Position numbers and translations under genes: made by a program. Below, piece by piece: positions 10,580-19,943 of a DNA stretch of 64,000 nt; the stretch's first letter is position 1; the number at the start of each line of letters is the position of its first letter. This DNA comes from Candidatus Saccharimonadales bacterium (GTDB lineage Bacteria > Patescibacteriota > Saccharimonadia > Saccharimonadales > Saccharimonadaceae): contig JBBRTA010000002.1 in assembly GCA_038244885.1 (NCBI GenBank), positions 6,436-70,435 on the forward strand. The letters run 5' to 3'. The notes beneath the pieces were generated by a model, which saw only the letters and a program-made list of their open reading frames with translations, did not search any database and was not told where the DNA came from.

Positions 10580-11614
10580 TTATAAGCCATAGCGTCCCCG
10601 GAGGGCGTTGAAATTTAAATTAACCTCAGCAGTACTGAGTGCCCGGTTATAAACGCTGACATCACCCAGCTTACCCACAAGAGCATTACCGATATTAAAG
10701 GTACCTGGTAGTCCCAGCGGGGTAGATGTTAGATTTGGGCCTGTAGAGGAGACGTCCGTGCCATCGACGTAGATCTCCCTTTTTCCGCTCGAGTTTTGAA
10801 AGACAAAGCTGACAATATGCCACAAATCATCTTTTAGATTAAAATAACCGTAATCATAATAATCATCAGCTCCCCCATTTAGATATAGTAGTAGCCTATT
10901 TGTTCCTCCGTAGGCTAGGCTAACACCCTGATTGAAATTCATAATCTTCTGTATATTTGCGGGAGCAGTAGACACTAACTTCACGGCGGCACTTACCGTC
11001 CATTCTTGAGCAGCGGGAGTTTGGTTGAGAAAATTTGCCATCGATACATACTGTGTTCCGTCAAACGCCAAGGTGCCACCATTGGCCGTATCATATACGG
11101 TACTGTTAACAACAGTGCCATTGTTACCGTAGCCGCTAATGTCAGACCATTTCGTGCCCGTTCCTGGATAGGAGGTAGCCGAAGCCGCATCTAGATGCAA
11201 CATTAGACCAGACGATAAAAGACAACCACCAAGCGAAGGGGCGTCATCTTGAGTAATTTTAAATGTTTGATTACTTTTTATCGCAGAAATACAAAAAGTC
11301 TTATAGCCCAATGTACTATTCACTTGGTAGGAATAGGCAGTACCGGGACTCACCTTTAGACACTTATTGGTTGCGCTGTCTGGCTGGGCGCAGTCTATGG
11401 TGACCGGATAGCTATTGTTATCTATTTGGAATAACTTTAATTGCTGGTTAGCACCGTTGAGGTCAGATTGGAGCGACACGGCAATAGCCCGATTGTTAAC
11501 ACCCGTGTAGGCAACGATTGTGATAGCCGCCAAAATACCGATAATCACGATGACGATCAGGAGCTCAACGATAGTGAAACCCGAAAAAGAACGCCGATGA
11601 TTACCACTATTCAT
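10580..11614 (-). CDS. Type IV pilin-like protein with C-terminal LamG/concanavalin-A-like lectin domain
   Basis: Prepilin N-terminus SGFTIVELLIVIVIIGILAAITIVAY; C-terminal approx 200 aa match Laminin_G_3-type pattern (W.DISGYGNNGT, LAFDG, WHIVSFVF, IYVDG, GDVSVYNRALSTAEV). Confidence 0.75.
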   Translation of the reverse strand: MNSGNHRRSFSGFTIVELLIVIVIIGILAAITIVAYTGVNNRAIAVSLQSDLNGANQQLKLFQIDNNSYPVTIDCAQPDSATNKCLKVSPGTAYSYQVNSTLGYKTFCISAIKSNQTFKITQDDAPSLGGCLLSSGLMLHLDAASATSYPGTGTKWSDISGYGNNGTVVNSTVYDTANGGTLAFDGTQYVSMANFLNQTPAAQEWTVSAAVKLVSTAPANIQKIMNFNQGVSLAYGGTNRLLLYLNGGADDYYDYGYFNLKDDLWHIVSFVFQNSSGKREIYVDGTDVSSTGPNLTSTPLGLPGTFNIGNALVGKLGDVSVYNRALSTAEVNLNFNALRGRYGL

Positions 11615-11669
11615 TAGCTAAGTATACATGAGCACTATAGGGGGAACAAGAAAGAGCGTAGATGCTTAA

Positions 11670-12977
<1,308 letters not shown>

Positions 12978-12986
12978 CTAGTATAT

Positions 12987-13017
12987 CAAAATCGCCCCGT
13001 AATTAACAGGGGCGATT
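12987..13017 (-). terminator. Intrinsic terminator after the LysM-CHAP gene
   Basis: AATCGCCCC-N10-GGGGCGATT; on the minus strand the stem is followed by TTTTG. Confidence 0.7.
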
Positions 13018-13034
13018 CGATATATCCAGTGATC

Positions 13035-14180
13035 TTAGTGAATGTAATTGTAACTCGCTGCTTGGCCAGCGGTCATCGTACGGTAACTTTTAACGTTCCA
13101 GCCACCATAAGCGGAGTTGTTCATTTCGCTAATATGGATGTCTCCGTTAGGGTCAACGCTTTCGATAACAGCCACGTGTCCATACCCACCGCCATTTTGC
13201 ATGACAGCTCCAAATGAAGGTGTGTTGTCAACACGATAGCCTGCACCCCGAGCGGCGCTAGCCCAACTTGAGGCATTACCCCAGAAGCTCCCAACTGGCA
13301 TACCAAGCTGCATGCGTCTTTCGTAAACATACCACGTGCACTGTCCGTAGCCATAACGGTTTCCCGCCGAACCGCGATCGGTATTGAACCCCGCGTTATA
13401 TCCACTGACACCGCCACCGCCACCGTAGCCATAATTGACGACTCTCGGCGCGACGTAGCCTGGGCGTTCGGTTGCTGGCAGGCTGGCATTCGGTAGAATA
13501 ATTTTGGCGCCCGGTGTCAAACCAGTGACATCAAGGTCGTTGTAGAGGACAACCCGAGCCTGGTCCACATTGTACTTTTGAGAAATAGCTGGTAGTGTAT
13601 CACCTGCTTTAACGGTATATTGCACACCATCTTTCGGTAGAATCTGTAGTACCGTGTTTGGAATGAGAGCATCGGAGGTCAGGTTATTCGCCCATTTAAT
13701 CGTATCCTTAGATATACCAAACTGGGTCGAGAGGCTATCTATCGTATCACCCGCCTTGACGGTATAGGCAACGATCGTGCGGCTGTCCGCGGTCGGTTGA
13801 AGAATTTGTGGCTTGGTGGTGGTCACGCCATCTGTTTGCGCAAGTTCGCCTTTCGCTTCCAACGACACCGAAAGGTTTGCGACGTTTGCCGCAATCGATA
13901 AGTTCGTGGTTTCTGCAAGGTTAGCAGCAATATTGGTAGCGACAAGTTCATTCACAGAGGTACGTTGCGTTTGAGTATCAGATGTAAGGGCTGACGCATT
14001 CGCGATACCGCCGGACTGCTGAGGTGCATGATAACCAACTGCGACTACAGCAGCAATGAGGGCAAAAACGCTGACATAAATGGCAATTGTTGAGTGTTGA
14101 GGTATGCCTTTCGCTCTTTTGCGATTTTTAGCTTGTACCTGCTGTCTTGGTGCGACAGTTGATCGTTGAGCAAAGCTCAT
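13035..14180 (-). CDS. Secreted peptidoglycan hydrolase: 2 x LysM + C-terminal CHAP domain
   Basis: N-terminal TM anchor; LysM repeats YTVKAGDTIDSLSTQFGISKDTIKWANNL and YTVKAGDTLPAISQKYNVDQARVVLYNDL; CHAP Cys (GQCTWYVYERR) and His (GHVAVIES). Confidence 0.85.
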   Translation of the reverse strand: MSFAQRSTVAPRQQVQAKNRKRAKGIPQHSTIAIYVSVFALIAAVVAVGYHAPQQSGGIANASALTSDTQTQRTSVNELVATNIAANLAETTNLSIAANVANLSVSLEAKGELAQTDGVTTTKPQILQPTADSRTIVAYTVKAGDTIDSLSTQFGISKDTIKWANNLTSDALIPNTVLQILPKDGVQYTVKAGDTLPAISQKYNVDQARVVLYNDLDVTGLTPGAKIILPNASLPATERPGYVAPRVVNYGYGGGGGVSGYNAGFNTDRGSAGNRYGYGQCTWYVYERRMQLGMPVGSFWGNASSWASAARGAGYRVDNTPSFGAVMQNGGGYGHVAVIESVDPNGDIHISEMNNSAYGGWNVKSYRTMTAGQAASYNYIH

Positions 14181-14434
14181 AGTGATCTGATTACGAATTA
14201 TCGTTCTCCTGCCGCCTGTATTACTACAAGGGCGTCTACCTTAGTTTGTCTTTCTTCTCGCTAAGAACGGGGTACGTGTCGACCGACTTCATTAGTTAAT
14301 ATTGGCTTTTGAAAGTGTTATTATTCGGTACCCGTACGACATTTATGGTAGGCTCATCTGTGCTTCGGGTTTCCCGCCCGCTGATATCGCCGCTAGGCTG
14401 TACCAGTAGTCGAAGACACAAATGTGCTTTCATA

Positions 14435-14463
14435 AGTTTAGCAAGTATTGCTAAATATGTCAA
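14435..14463 (-). promoter_or_regulatory. Sigma-70-like promoter for the LysM-CHAP gene (about 250-nt leader)
   Basis: On the minus strand TTGACA - 17 nt - TAAACT. Confidence 0.5.
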
Positions 14464-14482
14464 TTTATTTTATAGATATAGA

Positions 14483-15643
14483 TCATGGCTTATTGCACTC
14501 TTTAGTACAGTGGGCGGTAACATTGGCCTCATGCTCTTGCAGCGTTCGACTAAAATAGGTCTTGCCGTTATCACCAGCAACGAAATACATATAGTCGCTA
14601 TTGGCCGGTGAAATGGCGGCTAACAGCGCAATAAGACCGGGGCTAGCAATTGGCCCAGGAGGAAGTCCAATTTTAATTCGAGTATTATACGGCGAGTCGA
14701 GAGTTGATGTGGGTTCGATACCTAGTTTTTGAGCAGCATAGATGAATGTCACGTCAGACCCCAGCGGCATCTGTTTGTTAAGCCGCGTATAGAACACCTG
14801 GGCTATTTGCTTTTGATCGGTATTTGGTTCTGTCTGGGACGGATCGAGAGCCATCTCGCGCTGAATAATTGACGCGAGTGTTATGCCTTGATACAGATTC
14901 AAACCTTGCGCTTTAAATCCAGCGACAATGTTGTTTTCTACGATAGTATCGTTAAATTCCTTGAATGTACGCTGCAAAATTTCCTCAACGGATGCACCTG
15001 CTCTAAACGCGTATGTTTGACCATAAATATAGCCTTCGAGGTCTGTTCCAGCGGGTTTGTCTTTAAATAAACCCTCAAACGAAGGCGAGCTATATGATTT
15101 AGATAAGGCTACGTTAATTTCGGACTCGCTAAATCCAGCTTTCTCGAGTACTTTTCGGTGTCCCTTAAGGGTGGCACCCGGCAGAAAAGTGATATCAAAT
15201 TGGTCAACTTTTCCACTTACGAGGTGTTCGACGATCCGAGGCGTTGATTCGGCAGGCGAGAGGCGGTAGGTTCCGGCCTGTAGCTTTCCGCGGGTGTCTG
15301 ACAGGCGTGTATAAATATTGAAAGCGAACTTGCTACGAATAACTGACTTGTCCTCTAATAACTGACCAATTTGCGACGGAGAAGAACCAGCTTCGATAGT
15401 GACAACGACAAGTTTCTGCTTGTCGCTCGTGAGTGATGTCAATTGGGTACCATACCACAGAAACGAGGCGAGGATAGTCCCTATTATGACGGCGAAAATG
15501 ATTGAAATTATCCGGATCATAATCCTTGTGATGTGTTTTTTATGAACCCTTAAACCACTTTTTTGGCCGTTAATCGGACCCGGCATGATGGGTGGCGTCG
15601 GTAAAGCCGACGGCTTGGTATCATTAGATTGTTTATCGGACAT
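14483..15643 (-). CDS. mltG: Endolytic murein transglycosylase MltG (YceG-like)
   Basis: N-terminal TM, YceG-type motifs incl. GLPPGPIASPG near the C-terminus; start set at ATG 15643 (MSDKQ), longer ORF would run through ruvX. Confidence 0.85.
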   Translation of the reverse strand: MSDKQSNDTKPSALPTPPIMPGPINGQKSGLRVHKKHITRIMIRIISIIFAVIIGTILASFLWYGTQLTSLTSDKQKLVVVTIEAGSSPSQIGQLLEDKSVIRSKFAFNIYTRLSDTRGKLQAGTYRLSPAESTPRIVEHLVSGKVDQFDITFLPGATLKGHRKVLEKAGFSESEINVALSKSYSSPSFEGLFKDKPAGTDLEGYIYGQTYAFRAGASVEEILQRTFKEFNDTIVENNIVAGFKAQGLNLYQGITLASIIQREMALDPSQTEPNTDQKQIAQVFYTRLNKQMPLGSDVTFIYAAQKLGIEPTSTLDSPYNTRIKIGLPPGPIASPGLIALLAAISPANSDYMYFVAGDNGKTYFSRTLQEHEANVTAHCTKECNKP

Positions 15644-16046
15644 AACGAGACTCCAAATAGTCTTGGAGGATAATCGCCGCGGCCCGGGCGTCAATATCAC
15701 CCTTGCTGTAGGAGCGTTTGTGAGCAACCAGTTGTTGCTCCGCAATGACGCTGGTCAGCGACTCGTCCTGGAAGACGATATTAGAGGCGATATCTTTTAA
15801 TCTGTCGGTGAACACTTCGACGTAGCGTGTTTGAGCCGTCGCCTCGCCAGATTGATTGCGGGGGTAACCGACGACGAGCGTGTCAGCATTCTCGGTCACA
15901 ACTATGTTCGCTATTGCCGCAATTTCATCGCCGTCAACCTCGATCGTTTCATAGGGAACCGCGATGCGTACGGACGTGTCAGCGACAGCGACGCCAATGC
16001 GTTTCTCGCCGACATCAAGACACACCAAATTCACGCCTCTACTCAT
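15633..16046 (-). CDS. ruvX: Holliday-junction-resolvase-like pre-16S rRNA nuclease RuvX/YqgF
   Basis: VCLDVGEKRIGVAVAD N-terminal motif; start set at ATG 16046 (8-nt overlap with upstream gene); long ORF extension rejected. Confidence 0.8.
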   Translation of the reverse strand: MSRGVNLVCLDVGEKRIGVAVADTSVRIAVPYETIEVDGDEIAAIANIVVTENADTLVVGYPRNQSGEATAQTRYVEVFTDRLKDIASNIVFQDESLTSVIAEQQLVAHKRSYSKGDIDARAAAIILQDYLESRYVR

Positions 16047-17682
16047 TCTGTAACTTAAACTCAATAGTAATCTTTTTGACATCATCTGGCACGGTGCGCA
16101 CCCAGAAGTACGAGAACTTGACGTCGACGTTGCTGACCCCGTTAATTTGCTGAAGGATCGACTGCGCTTCGCCGTATATCTTGCCCTTAACTTGTTCCTT
16201 AATGGCAGCCTCATCAATCTTTGGACCAATTTGTCCAGTGCTGACAATATTGACGGTACTGGTGTCCCCTGTCTTGGTATAGCCCGATAGCTTCACCTTG
16301 CTGATACCATCGTCGTAAATGCGTTGGTTATTTTTACCGACGAGTTGTTTTTCGACATTCGCTCTAAGATAGACCTCGAGATCACTCTTAGCAATAGCTG
16401 ACAGTGTGTAGGTTGTTGAACTAGTTAATTTTGCCTTGCCAGTCGCCTCGGCACCAACCGCTGGGACAGATACTGCGGGAGCGCGGTCAATCGTAAAGCT
16501 ATCGTCAATCACCACCTGACTACCCGGGACAAGTTTTACAAGCTGAGCCTTGATTTGATCGCTTGGCTGTTCGACCAAGGCTGCACTGGCTTTCTGGACG
16601 TCTTCAGCAGACACAACTTTTATATCACGGCTCGTGCCCCCAGTCATTGCGCTTCCTTGCGCACTAAAACCATCAACCGTTGACTGATAATTTCTTGCGG
16701 ACAAATTGTAGGCTTCGCCAAGTTCGAGCGCTTGAACATTGACCGTACCGGACCCGTTGATAAGGGTATTACCTTGAATCTGCGACTGTGGTATCGTGAC
16801 GCTGCTTGTCGTGATGAAGGTATAAGCACCACTGCTAAAGCCTGTGCCGGCAGGAATCACAGTTGAAGTAGCGGATACGCCAGAGCGTGTTATTGTCATC
16901 GTCCCTGTGGCTTTATCGCCGACTTTTGAGGTCCCTGTTGCATCAAAATCAACACTGACGTCTTTTTTGGTTTGCTGGAACGTCGATTGAATCATCCCTT
17001 TCGCAACGTCTGTGGCCGCATTGCCACCCAGCGTCGCGACGGTATTAACTGAAGTCGGAGTTGTCCGTGCTGTAATAATTACTTTTGCGGCGGGCGCGAA
17101 CCAGGTTGCCCATACCAAAAACACAATGAGCAAGAGCCCGGCTGCAATACCAATAAATAGTTTTTTACGGAAAGAGTTGAAGTCCGGTATTTTGGCGCCG
17201 TTCTTAACCTTGGCCATTTTTTTGGTCGCCATTGCGCCAAGCGCAGCGACCGACACCGCTTTATCGTCAATGTTCATACCCCTAATCGCTTTGTTGACCG
17301 CTGCGTTACCGTCGTCAGCCACGTCAGCGGTCTTTTCAAGTTCGCCGATTGGTAGTTGTGCGCCATCAATAATATCTTCGCCATCGTCAACACTCAGAAC
17401 TGGGATTTCAGCCAGCTCGGGCTTAGATTGGAGGTTTTTAGCAACAGGAATTCCGGCAACGGCTGATAATCCGATCAAAGCCTGGTTGTTGGTAATAAGA
17501 ACCATGCGTTTATCGGCGTTTTTTGCCATGCGCTCTAGCAGGCGAAGATTGACTGCACTTTGAAGAACCCCGACACGTTTTGGGGGTACGAGCGCAACGA
17601 TCTTTTCGCTGCTGGCTTTGATTTTGCCAATAATTGCCGTGATATCGTCTTCGACATCGATGTAAATAACGTCTTTATTCAT
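16039..17682 (-). CDS. Hypothetical single-pass membrane protein (547 aa) immediately downstream of ftsA-like gene
   Basis: Cytoplasmic N-domain, one TM (LFIGIAAGLLLIVFLVWATWF), Thr/Ser-rich beta-type extracellular part; no motif I recognise. Confidence 0.6.
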   Translation of the reverse strand: MNKDVIYIDVEDDITAIIGKIKASSEKIVALVPPKRVGVLQSAVNLRLLERMAKNADKRMVLITNNQALIGLSAVAGIPVAKNLQSKPELAEIPVLSVDDGEDIIDGAQLPIGELEKTADVADDGNAAVNKAIRGMNIDDKAVSVAALGAMATKKMAKVKNGAKIPDFNSFRKKLFIGIAAGLLLIVFLVWATWFAPAAKVIITARTTPTSVNTVATLGGNAATDVAKGMIQSTFQQTKKDVSVDFDATGTSKVGDKATGTMTITRSGVSATSTVIPAGTGFSSGAYTFITTSSVTIPQSQIQGNTLINGSGTVNVQALELGEAYNLSARNYQSTVDGFSAQGSAMTGGTSRDIKVVSAEDVQKASAALVEQPSDQIKAQLVKLVPGSQVVIDDSFTIDRAPAVSVPAVGAEATGKAKLTSSTTYTLSAIAKSDLEVYLRANVEKQLVGKNNQRIYDDGISKVKLSGYTKTGDTSTVNIVSTGQIGPKIDEAAIKEQVKGKIYGEAQSILQQINGVSNVDVKFSYFWVRTVPDDVKKITIEFKLQNE

Positions 17683-17684
17683 AG

Positions 17685-18950
17685 CTATATTCTAAGGATT
17701 CGATTAAGTTTTTCTTTTATCGTGTCCCCGTCCCCACTCCCTAACATTGTATCATAGCCAACCCGCAGTAATCCCATGGCGGTGATGAAGGTATGGTCGT
17801 TAACGTCACCGGTCGTGTCAGTAATACCGATGACTTCCGATGGTTGAATATAGTGGACGCTTGGCTTCTTGGTGAATGGCAAATCCTTGTGCCAATCTTC
17901 CGTTTGCAGAGCCGTCACCAGTTTCTCGAGACTCGCCCCACCGCCACACAATAAAATACGGTTTGGCAGATGATCGACCGAATCGAACTCGCTGAGGGCC
18001 AGTTCTACCCCCGCTACCCAAACTTCTAGCGTCTTATCGATCGCGGCATTGACGTCTTTGGCGACGCTGGCCTTGATTTGGCTGTTGCTGATATTGATTT
18101 TGAGTTTTTCGGCGTCGTCGTACGATAGATCCATTTCGCTGGCGATAGTGCGCGTAAAGCTACGTCCGCCGATACCGAACATCTTGGTACCTTCCACGCC
18201 ACCATCGTTGACCACGGCAATGTCCGTCGTCCCGCCGCCAACGTCAGCCAGGATGGCGGTGAAATTACTGCTAGCATCGGTACCCAGCACGCTCCGGCTG
18301 ACGGCGAACGGCTCGGCGGCTACCGCTAATAGTTCAAGCGACAATTCGTCCGCCACCCGCTCCAGTGCGCCGATATGGACCATAGGGGCAAAGGCGGTAT
18401 AGATCTGAACGGCGACATCGCGACCCTGAAAACCGATTGGATTGCTGACTTTATAGCCATCGATATGAATACTGACCAGAGCGCTGTTGACTAGCTTGAC
18501 TTCGACTTCTTGGTTACCCGTTTCGAGAGCAATCTGTTTTTGGGCTTTTCCCTGGGCCCGTTCTTGAACTTTTTCGATGATAAATTCCATTTCAGCCGTA
18601 TCAAGCGGACGGTCCGGCTGGGGACGACGGTAACGAATCGTGTTGGTTACACCTTTGACGAGCTCGCCAGCAATGCCGATAACAACGCGCTTAGCTTGGA
18701 GGCCAGCTTTGTCCTCAGCCTCGCTGAGCGCATCTTCGCAGTTACGAACGACACCAGCAATATCGGCGATTGCTCCGGAGTGCATATCGCTCAGTCCTTG
18801 CCGCGCCCGACCAACGCCAACGATATGCAAAACGTCGCCGTCAACCTTGGCGATTAAGGCTTTGACAAATTCCGTACCGATATCGAGCGCAACGATATGG
18901 TCATTAGATGGGTCATTTTTTCGACTTGTTCGTAGTTTTTCAAATACCAT
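17685..18950 (-). CDS. ftsA: Actin-like ATPase, cell-division protein FtsA-like
   Basis: Phosphate-1 VALDIGTEFVKA, phosphate-2 LADVGGGTTDIAVV, adenosine LLCGGGASL. Confidence 0.8.
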   Translation of the reverse strand: MVFEKLRTSRKNDPSNDHIVALDIGTEFVKALIAKVDGDVLHIVGVGRARQGLSDMHSGAIADIAGVVRNCEDALSEAEDKAGLQAKRVVIGIAGELVKGVTNTIRYRRPQPDRPLDTAEMEFIIEKVQERAQGKAQKQIALETGNQEVEVKLVNSALVSIHIDGYKVSNPIGFQGRDVAVQIYTAFAPMVHIGALERVADELSLELLAVAAEPFAVSRSVLGTDASSNFTAILADVGGGTTDIAVVNDGGVEGTKMFGIGGRSFTRTIASEMDLSYDDAEKLKINISNSQIKASVAKDVNAAIDKTLEVWVAGVELALSEFDSVDHLPNRILLCGGGASLEKLVTALQTEDWHKDLPFTKKPSVHYIQPSEVIGITDTTGDVNDHTFITAMGLLRVGYDTMLGSGDGDTIKEKLNRILRI

Positions 18951-19031
18951 GGTTGTCCTTCATTATATACCAAAGGAGCTTATGCTCCCATAATAGTTGT
19001 ATATATTGTAATTTTATTGTATAATAATCCG

Positions 19032-19943
19032 ATGAGTAATCGTCGTAGTCAAGACTTTTCGCCTATCGGCGCAGAAATATCTAGTAGTGCACCTCTAGAT
19101 ATTGATTTTAACGAGCAACAGGCTTTAGCCTCGAGGATTAAGGACACCGTTTCGCACCTCGAATATGCCCCAGACGTACGACCCACCCAAACAGATATAG
19201 CACTCCGTGGCATTCTCCTCAGGCCAATGCCTAAAAGCCCCACTAACCAAAGGGCGTTTATGTCGATTGACATATCAGAAAACGATAATGGAAGGAGCGC
19301 AGCTGCTATAAAAATCGCAGATACCCAACGACACGAATCAACTATATTCAACCTCTCTTCGGCTTTCAATATTTGGGAAGAATGGCAGCCAGGTAAAAAA
19401 ACGTCAACACGACTCCTCGAAAACTACGATTTAATGAACATCCTGCAAAATCGTCTACGCAGCAACGATAGTCAACGGCGTAATGACGATATTTTCGAAC
19501 AGCTTCTCGACGGAGCCGACCTAACTGGTATAAAGGTAGCGCACCTGCTAGCCCAGCACTTAGAACGCTCCGCCAAAACGCGGACGAGTAAGAAACGATA
19601 CTCAACCACTAGTATTATAGTGAGTAGCCAAGATTATCTCGGTGGTGTCGAGACGACGCTCACAACCCAAAAAACAAATCGACGAGTCCGTAACGATCTT
19701 TGGGTCGCCGCCCAATTCTTGATAGGCAAGGATGACGCCAGTGTTGAAAAAAAATATCGATACACCGTTGAGTCTGCCGAGTCCATAAAAGCAGCAGGGG
19801 GATTTGTAACATTTTCAAGCGAGGATGGCATACCTAAAAGCCGACTCGATGCCTTTGCAGCAATGGACCAGAACAATAACCATCCGCTTGACGCGTTGAA
19901 CAGTAGTATCGACCGAATTAGAGCTGACTTCCTTAGAAGTTAA
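19032..19943 (+). CDS. Hypothetical cytoplasmic protein (303 aa), no recognisable domain
   Basis: Long ORF; ATG 19032 lies 6 nt after a TATAAT box (19020-19025), no SD. Confidence 0.55.
   Translation: MSNRRSQDFSPIGAEISSSAPLDIDFNEQQALASRIKDTVSHLEYAPDVRPTQTDIALRGILLRPMPKSPTNQRAFMSIDISENDNGRSAAAIKIADTQRHESTIFNLSSAFNIWEEWQPGKKTSTRLLENYDLMNILQNRLRSNDSQRRNDDIFEQLLDGADLTGIKVAHLLAQHLERSAKTRTSKKRYSTTSIIVSSQDYLGGVETTLTTQKTNRRVRNDLWVAAQFLIGKDDASVEKKYRYTVESAESIKAAGGFVTFSSEDGIPKSRLDAFAAMDQNNNHPLDALNSSIDRIRADFLRS

Noticed and set aside
14181-14482. Firm call of a ydaO/c-di-AMP riboswitch
   Set aside because: Only a partial, gapped resemblance to one conserved block was found, with a different motif order. 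I report it as a candidate leader RNA only.
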